Of a DNA stretch of 64,000 nucleotides, positions 1 through 9,339 are shown in pieces. Each line of letters starts with the position of its first letter. The stretch's first letter is position 1. The notes below the pieces were generated by a model. The model saw only the letters and a list, made by a program, of their open reading frames with translations. It was not told the DNA's origin and searched no databases. Source of the DNA: Bacteroidota bacterium (GTDB lineage Bacteria; Bacteroidota; Bacteroidia; 2-12-FULL-35-15); NCBI GenBank assembly GCA_947476185.1, contig CANJPX010000003.1, positions 8,707 through 72,706 of the forward strand. The letters are read 5' to 3'. The position numbers and the translations under genes were made by a program.

Positions 1-196
1 GGATAGGCACGATAAATCCACCGGCATGCATCATCCCAAGATAGTTTCCTTCTTTTGGATGACCCTCAGCATCAAAATTTCCCGGTGCTCCAAGAACGAA
101 CATATAAATTAAAATTCCGATCACAACTGAAACTACAATTGCTAAAAGTGCGGTCATAAAGTTAAATCCGCTAGAAGTTGTTTTTTGATTACTCAT
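1..196 (-). CDS. MotA/TolQ/ExbB proton-channel family protein, 5' part only (continues past left edge)
   Basis: Not in the ORF track because it runs off the window edge. The reverse complement from ATG at 196..194 reads MSNQKTTSSGFNFMTALLAIVVSVVIGILIYMFVLGAPGNFDAEGHPKEGNYLGMMHAGGFIVPI and stays open to position 1. It shows one TM helix followed by the GNYLG..GGFIVP stretch I associate with Bacteroidota ExbB N-termini. Confidence 0.6.
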   Translation of the reverse strand, partial: MSNQKTTSSGFNFMTALLAIVVSVVIGILIYMFVLGAPGNFDAEGHPKEGNYLGMMHAGGFIVPI

Positions 197-400
197 ATTT
201 ACTTGTTTTTGGTTTATTTTATTATTTAGTTTTAATACATACAAATTCTTAAAAAGAGTATACTTTTTCCTGAAAAAATTTTATTTAACAGGGGACCAAA
301 CATACTAAATCTATTCCGAAAGTAAAAATTTTTCATAAAACTTATCTTTATTATAATACAGGGTTAATAACCCCAAATTACCACAATAAATTGCATACAA

Positions 401-429
401 AAATTCCGTTTTATTAAATGGCGGAATTT
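401..429 (-). terminator. possible intrinsic terminator downstream of the first DedA gene
   Basis: Inverted repeat aaattccg (401..408) / cggaattt (422..429). On the minus strand it is followed by TTTTTG. The stem is short and the loop is 13 nt, so this is weak. Confidence 0.3.
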
Positions 430-476
430 CAGTAGTAATAGGTAGAATTTGCTATTTAGTGGTAACACGGTTCCTG

Positions 477-1100
477 CTAATTTACCGTTTTGTTTTTAAC
501 AAACAGAGAAGCTATTGTAGTGATAACCAAGGCAATAATAATGTATGAAATGTTTTGACTTACCCATGGAATGGCTCCGAAAAAATATCCGATGCAGGCC
601 AATGAGCCAACCCAAGTGAGGGCTCCAACAATATTATAAAGCATAAATTTTGCATACCGCATCTGTATCATTCCTGCAATTATGGGGGCAAATGTTCTAA
701 CAAGTGGTAAAAAACGGCCGATTATTAATGTTTTTCCACCATGATCATCATAATATTGAATTGTATGATCGACCACTTTCTTTTTAAAAAAGAAGACTTT
801 TGTCGTTTCGGTAAGCCAACTTGGTCCTAATTTTTTACGACCCCACCAATAGCCTATAAAATAACCGAGCATCGCTCCAAACGAAAGGGCTGCAACCAGC
901 ACAGGAAGGTTAACTCCAAGAATTTCGGGGTTCGAATTGCAAATAATTCCGGAAATAAAAATAAGAGCATTTCCAGGAAGAAAAAAGCCAATAACGAAGG
1001 AGCATTCAGAAAAAACGATAAAAGACAAAAGCAGCAAACTTCCTGAATTTATGAAATAGTGCGAGTCGGTAAGGTTCTTTAAAAAATCCAGGAAATCCAT
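477..1100 (-). CDS. DedA/VTT-domain family inner-membrane protein
   Basis: 207-aa ORF encoding a multi-pass hydrophobic protein. FFLPGNALIFISG and GRFLPLVRTFAPIIAG are the DedA (SNARE-associated/VTT) signature blocks. Confidence 0.85.
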   Translation of the reverse strand: MDFLDFLKNLTDSHYFINSGSLLLLSFIVFSECSFVIGFFLPGNALIFISGIICNSNPEILGVNLPVLVAALSFGAMLGYFIGYWWGRKKLGPSWLTETTKVFFFKKKVVDHTIQYYDDHGGKTLIIGRFLPLVRTFAPIIAGMIQMRYAKFMLYNIVGALTWVGSLACIGYFFGAIPWVSQNISYIIIALVITTIASLFVKNKTVN

Positions 1101-1198
1101 TTATTTGAAAATTTTTGCAAACTTACGAATATGTTTTTCGAAGAGCAATAACTTTTATTCGAATTAAAGCACAGCGATCATAGACTAAACGCTCGCTC

Positions 1199-1882
1199 CT
1201 AATGGGGATTTGTTGTTCCCTTTTTCTGAATACGATCCTTCAAAAAAGTGGTAATGATCGGAATGGTAGTAATGATAATAAGTCCGATCACGATATAGCC
1301 AATATTTTTCTGTACCCAATCATATGTCCCCAGATAGAATCCTATGCTGCATAATGAGCCAACCCATGCAATTGCTCCTACCATATTGTAAAACATAAAG
1401 ATCTTAAAATCTACTTTGATGACACCGGCTAAAATTGGAGCAAATGTGCGGATAATTGGTAAAAACCGGCCAATTATAAGTGTTTTACCGCCATTTTTAT
1501 TATAAAATGTACGTGTTAGCTCAAGATATTTCTTTTTGAATATTATGGAATCTCTTCTCCGGAATAATGGAAGTCCGACTTTTTTACCAAACCAATAACC
1601 GGCAATATTTCCTAGGATTGCTGCTACTGAAAGGCAAAAAATTAATAGAGGTAAATTAACACCAAGAAGTTGCGGCTTGGAAACGCATATCATCCCGGAA
1701 ATAAAAATCAGCGAATCACCGGGAAGAAAAAAACCAACCAGTAAACCCGTTTCTGCAAATACCACAAAAAGAAGCAATGCTAGTCCGCCAATTTGAATAA
1801 TGGATTGCGGATCGGTTAATTGTCGCAGAAAATCAAAAAAATGCACAACCCCTCCTCTCCTTCCCAAAGGGATGGAATTCAA
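1199..1882 (-). CDS. DedA/VTT-domain family inner-membrane protein (tandem paralogue)
   Basis: 227-aa ORF with FFLPGDSLIFISG and GRFLPIIRTFAPILAG, clearly a paralogue of 477..1100. Alignment with that paralogue (MDFLDFLKNL vs VHFFDFLRQL) suggests the true start may be the GTG at 1846. The first 12 codons overlap a GC-rich spacer-type motif. Confidence 0.8.
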   Translation of the reverse strand: MNSIPLGRRGGVVHFFDFLRQLTDPQSIIQIGGLALLLFVVFAETGLLVGFFLPGDSLIFISGMICVSKPQLLGVNLPLLIFCLSVAAILGNIAGYWFGKKVGLPLFRRRDSIIFKKKYLELTRTFYNKNGGKTLIIGRFLPIIRTFAPILAGVIKVDFKIFMFYNMVGAIAWVGSLCSIGFYLGTYDWVQKNIGYIVIGLIIITTIPIITTFLKDRIQKKGTTNPH

Positions 1883-1947
1883 TTCGCTTTAAAATATTAA
1901 TTCGCCTTTTCATTCAACAAATACTTTTTCAAGATAAAGAGAAGACA

Positions 1948-3195
1948 TTAATCTAACCTCAGTTTATCGATATTCGGATCGTGTTTAGGAACATGCAATT
2001 CCCCTTCCCATTTGGAGATCACAGCCGTGGCAACAGCATTTCCGACAACATTGGTTGCTGAACGTCCCATATCCAAAATTTGATCAATGCCTAATAACAA
2101 TAATAATCCGGCAACGGGAATATTGAAATGAGCCAACATACCGGCGATCACAACCAATGATGCACGAGGAATCCCGGCCATCCCTTTACTCGTTACCAAC
2201 AATATCAAAAGCATTGTTATTTGTTGTCCGACCGTCATTTCAATGCCGTATGCCTGAGCGATAAAAACAGTTGCGAAAGTCATATACATCATAGAACCAT
2301 CGAGATTAAAAGAATATCCAAGAGGTAAAACAAAACTCACAATTCGGTTTCCGCAACCAAAGCGTTCGAGGGACTCAATTGTTTTTGGCATGGCCGCTTC
2401 AGAGCTGGCTGTGCTAAATGCTAATAATATAGGTTCTTTGATGTAATTAAGCAATTTGAAAAATTTTATTTTCATTGCAAAACAGATCAAAAATAAAACA
2501 CCGAAGACAAATAAGAACAAGCCTAGATAAAAGGTTGCTATCAAATACAAATAACCCGCAAGCACACCCAACCCTTGCTTTGCGACCACCGCTGCCAATG
2601 CACCAAACACTCCGAGCGGAGCAAAAGACATGACATAGTTTGTAACTTTAAACATGATGTGAGAAACAGAATCAAAAAAATCAACCACCACTTTTCCTTT
2701 ATTACCAATAGATGCAGCAGCAACGCCAAAAAATAATGCAAAAATAACAATTGGCAAAATTTCATTTTTCGCCATAACATCTACAATACTTTCAGGTATG
2801 ATGTGGTTGATGAAATTTTTGGTGTCGAATTCTTTCCCTGCCTGGACATCAACTACAGCATCTGCTGCGGGCAATTCAAGATGCATTCTTTTTCCGGGAG
2901 CGGTGAAATTCACCAACATCAATCCTAATAATAAAGAGATAATAGCAGCAGTTGTAAAATACAAAAGTGTTTTGATTCCTATCCTACCTACCGATTTGAA
3001 ATCCCCCACTTTAGCAACACCAACAACCAACACAGAAAACACCAATGGCGCGATGATCATTTTTATGAAACGCATAAAAATATCGCTGAGGATGTGTAAG
3101 CTTGGTGCTGCATCTTTCCAGAAATAACCAACGATTATTCCCAGGGACATACCTGCAAATATTTGAACGATGAGTGAAGGTTTTTTAAATTTCAT
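1948..3195 (-). CDS. dicarboxylate/amino acid:cation symporter (DAACS, GltP/DctA-like)
   Basis: 415-aa polytopic ORF. The blocks FIKMIIAPLVF, TASSEAAMP, FNLDGSMMY and DMGRSATNVVGNAVAT match the conserved SLC1/DAACS motifs. Confidence 0.85.
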   Translation of the reverse strand: MKFKKPSLIVQIFAGMSLGIIVGYFWKDAAPSLHILSDIFMRFIKMIIAPLVFSVLVVGVAKVGDFKSVGRIGIKTLLYFTTAAIISLLLGLMLVNFTAPGKRMHLELPAADAVVDVQAGKEFDTKNFINHIIPESIVDVMAKNEILPIVIFALFFGVAAASIGNKGKVVVDFFDSVSHIMFKVTNYVMSFAPLGVFGALAAVVAKQGLGVLAGYLYLIATFYLGLFLFVFGVLFLICFAMKIKFFKLLNYIKEPILLAFSTASSEAAMPKTIESLERFGCGNRIVSFVLPLGYSFNLDGSMMYMTFATVFIAQAYGIEMTVGQQITMLLILLVTSKGMAGIPRASLVVIAGMLAHFNIPVAGLLLLLGIDQILDMGRSATNVVGNAVATAVISKWEGELHVPKHDPNIDKLRLD

Positions 3196-3311
3196 AGTAT
3201 GTGTTTTTGTCGCCCTTCGACTTCGTTCAGGGTAAACTCCGGATGCTAAGACGCTAAGATTATTTCAAACAAATATAGGTTTTATAGGACAATTATGAGC
3301 AAGAAAATAAG

Positions 3312-3328
3312 CCACAGATTCACAGATT
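3312..3328 (+). repeat. tandem CCACAGATT-type spacer motif (2 units)
   Basis: ccacagattcacagatt lies in the symporter/nuoN spacer. Related copies are at 4816..4832 and, reverse-complemented, at 44146..44172. Confidence 0.5.
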
Positions 3329-3376
3329 TTTTGGGAATAAATAATTATATCAGATTTATTGCCTTTGGTAATGATT

Positions 3377-3411
3377 AAAAATAAAAAAGCTCCTCAAAAA
3401 ATGAGAAGCTT
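3377..3411 (-). terminator. intrinsic terminator at the end of the nuo operon
   Basis: 20 nt past the nuoN stop. On the minus strand the stem is AAGCTTCTCA / TGAGGAGCTT (10 bp, one G-U pair) with a 5-nt loop, followed by TTTTTTATTTT. Confidence 0.65.
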
Positions 3412-3431
3412 CAAGTTTTTGTTGTCAGGAT

Positions 3432-4799
3432 TTATAACAAACTAATAATACAATCAGGCATCAAACCAAGAGCTATAATGGCAATTGCAATAACAATTAG
3501 TAACAGTTTGTGATTGCTTTCTACAGCAATTGTTTCATCAGAACTATGTTTGAAGAACATGGCGATAATGATTCGGAAATAATAATACACTCCAATCAAC
3601 GATGCGATGATGGCGATCAAAACCAAACTAACGTTACCCGCTACAAATGCAGAAGTGAAAATATAATACTTCGCGAAGAAACCTGCTGTTGGAGGAATCC
3701 CTGCTAAAGACAAAAGTGCAATCGTCATTACAACTGCTAACAATGGATTTGATTTTCCAAGACCATTAAACGAATCAACTGTGTCTGTACCTTTTGATTT
3801 GCTAATAATATTTACAATGGAGAACGTGGCAATTGATCCGATGGAATATGCAGCAGCATAAAACAAAATAGCGCTGTTCGAATAGCTGTTTCCAGCTAAT
3901 AATGCTAATAACATATAACCGGCATGTGCAACACTAGAATATGCCAACATGCGTTTTGTACTGGTTTGCATAACAGCAGTGATGTTTCCAACCAATAATG
4001 TTAGTGCGGCCATTACCCAAACAACATGCATCCAAGTTCCACTCACACTCATGAATGTTGTAGAGAACAATCGTAAGAAAGCTGCAAAGGCTGCAGTTTT
4101 TACGATAGTTGCCATAAACGCAGTTATCACTGTAGGTGCACCTTGATAAACATCCGGAGCCCAGAAATGAAAGGGAGCAGCAGAGACTTTAAATGCCATT
4201 CCGACTAACATTAACAAAACGCCCACATAAAATATTGATGATACAGCGCTTCCGTTTGTCACAGCAGCCGCTATACCGGCAAGGTCAAATGAGCCCGTTG
4301 CACCATAGATCAAGGCGATGCCGAATAGCAAGAAGCCCGTTGCAAAAGCCCCCATGATCAAATACTTAAATGCAGCCTCGTTGGAAGAGACATCTGTTTT
4401 ATTGCTACCTGCTAAAATATACATTGGAATTGAAAGGATCTCGATACCTAAAAACAACATTGCCATATTGCTGTAAGAAACCATAATTACCGCTCCGACA
4501 AGGGAAAATAAAACAAGAGTAAAATAATCTGTCTGGTTGGATTCTTCTTTAAAGAAGCCTTCTGCCATAATAAACCATAAAAATGCGATTACTATAATCA
4601 CGGCAGAGAATGCCACAGCATAGTTATCAAATTGCACCATTTTGAAATATAATTTATTGGTATCCCAATCAAAAATATTTAAAACGAATGTCGTGATAAG
4701 GCCAAGTAAAACGATTGGATACAATAGTTTTTTAAAGCTGAATATTTCAGCTAACAATGCAATTACACCTAATGAAGAAAGTAATATTAATGCTTTCAT
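3432..4799 (-). CDS. nuoN: NADH-quinone oxidoreductase subunit N
   Basis: 455-aa protein of about 14 TM segments, antiporter-like, and the last gene of the nuoA-N order. Confidence 0.9.
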   Translation of the reverse strand: MKALILLSSLGVIALLAEIFSFKKLLYPIVLLGLITTFVLNIFDWDTNKLYFKMVQFDNYAVAFSAVIIVIAFLWFIMAEGFFKEESNQTDYFTLVLFSLVGAVIMVSYSNMAMLFLGIEILSIPMYILAGSNKTDVSSNEAAFKYLIMGAFATGFLLFGIALIYGATGSFDLAGIAAAVTNGSAVSSIFYVGVLLMLVGMAFKVSAAPFHFWAPDVYQGAPTVITAFMATIVKTAAFAAFLRLFSTTFMSVSGTWMHVVWVMAALTLLVGNITAVMQTSTKRMLAYSSVAHAGYMLLALLAGNSYSNSAILFYAAAYSIGSIATFSIVNIISKSKGTDTVDSFNGLGKSNPLLAVVMTIALLSLAGIPPTAGFFAKYYIFTSAFVAGNVSLVLIAIIASLIGVYYYFRIIIAMFFKHSSDETIAVESNHKLLLIVIAIAIIALGLMPDCIISLL

Positions 4800-4815
4800 A
4801 TACTTTATTTTTTCA

Positions 4816-4832
4816 CCACAAATTTCACAGAC
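4816..4832 (+). repeat. CCACA(A/G)ATT-type spacer motif copy
   Basis: ccacaaatttcacagac lies in the nuoM/nuoN spacer. It resembles 3312..3328 with one indel. Confidence 0.4.
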
Positions 4833-4885
4833 TAATTAATATTTTTTTGTGAATCGTGTTTTTAATTTTTTTCTTACTCTAAATT

Positions 4886-6352
4886 TTATTTTCCTAAGGC
4901 CGCCTGCACTCCTTGAACCAATTGATCAACAGCCGGTCCTGAAATATCTAATAATGGTTTAGGAAACACTCCAAATGCAATAACTGCTGCACAAATAATT
5001 AACAATACCGCTTTTTCGCTATTCTCCAAAGGAGCAAAAGAAGAGGTGATAGAATTTGTTTCGCCTAACATGATCGATTGATAACTACGTAACATATAAA
5101 CTGCACCTAAAATAACTGACAACCCTGCAAAGGCTGCGATCCAGGCATTGTGTTGAAAAAGCCCATTGAGCAATAAAAATTCACCAACAAATCCATTCGT
5201 CAATGGCAAGGCCACACTTCCCAATAAAATGAACAGGAATAAAACAGCAAATTGAGGATTTACATTTCTGATGCCGCCTAATGATTGTATCTCGCGCGTA
5301 TTTGTGCGTCTTTGAATAATGTCAACGATAAAGAATAAACCAACCACATTCACACCGTGGCTCAACATCTGAATCATTCCACCCTGAACACCTTGAACAT
5401 TCATTGATAAAATTCCTGCAGCAATTAATCCAACGTGAGCAATGGATGAATAGGCTATTAATCGTTTGAAATCTTTTTGTACGATAGCAATACATGAAGC
5501 GTATACAATTCCGATCACCGCTAATCCGATGGCGGTATTTGCATAATGCTCAACCCCCAGAGGTGCGATTGGCAATAACCAGCGAACTAATCCAAAAGTT
5601 CCCATCTTTAACATGATACCTGAAAGCAGCATTGTGCCCTGTGTTGGAGCTGTTGTATAGGTATCAGGCTGCCAAGTGTGAAAAGGAAAAATCGGCATTT
5701 TTATTGCGAAGGCGATGAACATTGCCCAGAACACATACCCTTGATGAACTACATCCATTCCTCTTCCCGCAGCGTAAATAGCATCGATATTGAAACTGTG
5801 TGTTCCGGGAGTATGAAGATACAGGTAGATCAAGCCCCCTAACATGAAAAGACTACCGGCTAATGTGTAAACAAAAAACTTGAATGTAATTCTTGCTCTG
5901 TCTTCCCCGCCCCATAATAAACAAATGAAATAGATCGGCAGCAAAGCCAATTCCCAGAATACATAAAATAAGAATCCATCTAAAGAAACAAATACGCCTA
6001 GCAATGCCATTTGCATGAAAAGTATCAATGCATAAAACGCAGAAGGATTTTTGTGATCATTTTTAAAGGATGTCAGAATAATAACCGGCACAAGAAAGGT
6101 GGTCAGTAAAACAAGCAACATAGAAATACCGTCTATTCCAACATGAAAGGTAATACCCATTGATTGAACCCAAGCAGAATTCCACTCAAATTGCATTGAT
6201 GCATCCTGTTTAAATTGAGATAGCGCAAAAATTGCAATTGCAAATTCCAGTATAGCTGCTCCTAGTGCGATGTTTTTAACTTGTTGTCCTTTTACAAAAA
6301 ACAACAGTAAACTTGCAACTAAAGGAAATAATATTAAAAGAAGTGTGATCAT
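4886..6352 (-). CDS. nuoM: NADH-quinone oxidoreductase subunit M
   Basis: 488 aa. The HTWQPDTYTTAPTQGTMLLSGIMLKMGTFG block is typical of NuoM/ND4, and the operon position fits. Confidence 0.92.
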   Translation of the reverse strand: MITLLLILFPLVASLLLFFVKGQQVKNIALGAAILEFAIAIFALSQFKQDASMQFEWNSAWVQSMGITFHVGIDGISMLLVLLTTFLVPVIILTSFKNDHKNPSAFYALILFMQMALLGVFVSLDGFLFYVFWELALLPIYFICLLWGGEDRARITFKFFVYTLAGSLFMLGGLIYLYLHTPGTHSFNIDAIYAAGRGMDVVHQGYVFWAMFIAFAIKMPIFPFHTWQPDTYTTAPTQGTMLLSGIMLKMGTFGLVRWLLPIAPLGVEHYANTAIGLAVIGIVYASCIAIVQKDFKRLIAYSSIAHVGLIAAGILSMNVQGVQGGMIQMLSHGVNVVGLFFIVDIIQRRTNTREIQSLGGIRNVNPQFAVLFLFILLGSVALPLTNGFVGEFLLLNGLFQHNAWIAAFAGLSVILGAVYMLRSYQSIMLGETNSITSSFAPLENSEKAVLLIICAAVIAFGVFPKPLLDISGPAVDQLVQGVQAALGK

Positions 6353-6436
6353 ATCTTATAAAATTCTAAAATCTAAATATCTTTTTTTTATAAACTTTGC
6401 AAAGCCGTGCCCGCCATTGCGAGTATGACCTAGCTA

Positions 6437-8335
6437 CTAAAACAGTTGTGAAAACAAAATCAATACAATACTAACAACCATAACAAAAATATAGAACCCG
6501 GTGTTTCCGGTTTGCGCAAGCCGAATAGTACTGCTAAGCCATTTTACCGTTGAACCAACACCGTTTACAATCCCGTCTACAATTTGGTTGTCAACCAATT
6601 TATGAAATGCCTCTGAGATCATGTTCAAAGGTTTTGTGATCAGGTTCTCATAAATTTCATCTACCCAATATTTATTGAATACTAATTTATGTATCGGACT
6701 TGTTTCCTCGCCTTCGGCAGCAGGCAATGTGTTTTTCTTCACATAAACAGTGTATGCATAATAGATCGCAAGGATCATTATTAAGGTTGCTATACCCATT
6801 AACATGTATTCGGTTTCGTGTGAGGCAGCTTGAACAATACGGAAAGAGGAGAATTCAAATACAGGGCTTAGAAATGCTTCTAAAAAATGTGTTCCTCCCA
6901 ATGCTGCTGGAATACCCACTAAACCACCGACTACAGAAAGTATCGCTAAGACGATCAATGGTATCGTCATAGATTTTGGTGATTCATGCAAATGGTGTTC
7001 CTGTTCATGCGTTCCTCTGAACTTACCATGGAATGTAAGGAAGTACAATCTGAACATGTAAAAGGTTGTCATTGCAGCTCCTAGTATGCCAAGGAACCAA
7101 AGTAATTTATTGTGCTCATAAGCCTGAGCTAAAATTTCGTCTTTCGAAAAGAATCCTGAAAAGGGGAAACAACCTGCAATTGCAAGCGTTCCTAATAAGA
7201 ACGTAATGTGAGTTGTTGAAATGTATTTTTTCAATCCACCCATTTTCCTGATATCCTGCTCACCGCCCATTGCATGAATAACACTACCTGCACCTAGGAA
7301 TAATAATGCTTTGAAGAACGCATGTGTCATCACGTGAAATACCGCACCTGTATATGCACCAACACCCAATGCAAGGAACATATAACCTAATTGTGAAACA
7401 GTGGAGTACGCTAATACTTTTTTGATGTCATTTTGCGCTAAGCCTATTGTTGCTGCAAACAGTGCGGTACACACACCAACTATTGCCACAACATTCATAG
7501 CATCCGGAGAAAGTGTATATAAAACGTTTGAGCGTGCGATCATATAAATACCGGCAGTAACCATGGTTGCAGCATGTATCAATGCAGAAACGGGTGTCGG
7601 GCCGGCCATGGCATCAGGTAACCAAGTATATAAAGGAAGTTGAGCACTCTTACCCATCGCACCAACAAATAATAATAAAGCAATTGCAGTTAATGTAGGA
7701 TTTCCGGTAGCCATATTTTTTGCTTGCTCAAATACATCATGGTAGCCGATGCTTCCGAAGGTCACAAAAATCAAGATGATGCCCAATAGAAAACCAAGGT
7801 CACCAATACGGTTCATGATAAATGCTTTTTTTGCAGCATTGTTGAAGGCTGTATTCTTGAACCAGAAACCGATCAATAAATAAGAACACAATCCAACACC
7901 TTCCCAACCTACGAACATGATTAGGTAATTTGAGCCAAGCACAAGAAGAAGCATGAAGAAGATAAACAAATTCAGATACGCAAAGAAACGCGAGAACCCT
8001 TCATCATGACTCATATATCCGGTTGAATAAAGATGGATCAGGAAGCCGATACCTGTAATGATCAATAAAAATAAAGAAGACAGAGGGTCAATTAAAAAAG
8101 AAAATGGAATGGAAAGTTTTCCTGCAGAGATCCAATTAAAAAGTTCAATGGTAAATTCTTTTTGAGTACCTCCTTTTAATTCAAAAAATATTCCAAGTGC
8201 AACAGCGAAAGCAGCCAATACGGTTCCGCTTCCAATTGCCCCAACAATTCCTTTCGATAATTTTTTTCCAAATAATCCGATGATCACAAATCCTATCAAG
8301 GGAAGTAGCGGAACTAACCAAACTAATTTTATCAT
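6437..8335 (-). CDS. nuoL: NADH-quinone oxidoreductase subunit L
   Basis: 632 aa. It has the HLYSTGYMSHDEGFSRFFAYLNLF block and a long C-terminal extension typical of NuoL/ND5. Confidence 0.92.
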   Translation of the reverse strand: MIKLVWLVPLLPLIGFVIIGLFGKKLSKGIVGAIGSGTVLAAFAVALGIFFELKGGTQKEFTIELFNWISAGKLSIPFSFLIDPLSSLFLLIITGIGFLIHLYSTGYMSHDEGFSRFFAYLNLFIFFMLLLVLGSNYLIMFVGWEGVGLCSYLLIGFWFKNTAFNNAAKKAFIMNRIGDLGFLLGIILIFVTFGSIGYHDVFEQAKNMATGNPTLTAIALLLFVGAMGKSAQLPLYTWLPDAMAGPTPVSALIHAATMVTAGIYMIARSNVLYTLSPDAMNVVAIVGVCTALFAATIGLAQNDIKKVLAYSTVSQLGYMFLALGVGAYTGAVFHVMTHAFFKALLFLGAGSVIHAMGGEQDIRKMGGLKKYISTTHITFLLGTLAIAGCFPFSGFFSKDEILAQAYEHNKLLWFLGILGAAMTTFYMFRLYFLTFHGKFRGTHEQEHHLHESPKSMTIPLIVLAILSVVGGLVGIPAALGGTHFLEAFLSPVFEFSSFRIVQAASHETEYMLMGIATLIMILAIYYAYTVYVKKNTLPAAEGEETSPIHKLVFNKYWVDEIYENLITKPLNMISEAFHKLVDNQIVDGIVNGVGSTVKWLSSTIRLAQTGNTGFYIFVMVVSIVLILFSQLF

Positions 8336-8373
8336 AATCTTTTATTTTAAATTCAGAATACTATTCTGAAATA

Positions 8374-8691
8374 CTACCATTTCAATTTGTTCAACATATC
8401 GATATCCGATGATTTTGTATTCCGGTAAACCATCATCAAAATTGCAAGTCCTACCGCTACTTCCGCAGCAGCAACCGCCATAATAAAAAACACAAATACC
8501 TGTCCTTTGCTATCTGACAAATAACTAGAAAACGCTACCAGCAATAAGTTTACGGCATTCAACATAATTTCAATAGACATAAAAATGATAATTGCATTAC
8601 GTCTAAAAAGTACACCTAAAACACCGATGGTAAAAAGAACGGTACATAATAATAAATACCACTCTATCGGAACAACTTGTATTGCGCTCAT
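8374..8691 (-). CDS. nuoK: NADH-quinone oxidoreductase subunit K
   Basis: 105 aa with 3 TM segments and the conserved [12 protein letters not shown] block. Operon position fits. Confidence 0.9.
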   Translation of the reverse strand: MSAIQVVPIEWYLLLCTVLFTIGVLGVLFRRNAIIIFMSIEIMLNAVNLLLVAFSSYLSDSKGQVFVFFIMAVAAAEVAVGLAILMMVYRNTKSSDIDMLNKLKW

Positions 8692-8760
8692 ATCTTTTAA
8701 AAATTGAAGATCAAAAACTATAAAATTTTCAATCTGTACTATTAAACTATCAATCTATAA

Positions 8761-9261
8761 TTATTTAATACTTTTCTTGCCCAGCAAAACCGCTCCAACC
8801 ATTGCTGCTAATAGCAGAATAGAAGAAATTTCAAACGGCAATAAGAAATCCTGAAACAATGTTTTTCCAAGATTTTCAATTAGTCCGATGTTTGCATCAA
8901 AATTATTTGCTGCCATAATGTTTGTTGCGCCCTTTAATGAACCCACCAAAACCACCAATAATAAACCGGCTGCGATAACGGCAGAAAATTTCAACCAAGG
9001 ACTTTTGTGTGGTTCTGTCTCCTTATTCAAATTCAAAAGCATAATCACAAAAAGGAAAAGGACCATAATTGCTCCAGCATAAACGATAACGTGAACAGCT
9101 GCCAAGAACTGGGCGTTTAACAATACATAGTGCCCTGCAATCGTAAAAAAGGCCATCACCAGATACAGGACACTGTGCACAGGGCTTTTCGAAAAGACTA
9201 CCATCAATGCGAACATTATCGTAAGGAAGGAAAGGAAATAAAATAAATAAGTTGTGATCAT
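8761..9261 (-). CDS. nuoJ: NADH-quinone oxidoreductase subunit J
   Basis: The ORF in the track extends to 9315. The hydrophobic NuoJ body starts at MITTYLFYFLS (ATG at 9261), and the upstream 18 codons are basic spacer read-through. Confidence 0.85.
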   Translation of the reverse strand: MITTYLFYFLSFLTIMFALMVVFSKSPVHSVLYLVMAFFTIAGHYVLLNAQFLAAVHVIVYAGAIMVLFLFVIMLLNLNKETEPHKSPWLKFSAVIAAGLLLVVLVGSLKGATNIMAANNFDANIGLIENLGKTLFQDFLLPFEISSILLLAAMVGAVLLGKKSIK

Positions 9262-9339
9262 ATTTTTACATTTTTTGATCTTAGCTCTTGCTCTTGTGTA
9301 AACACAAAGAATCAAAACACTTTGATCTATAATCTTTTT

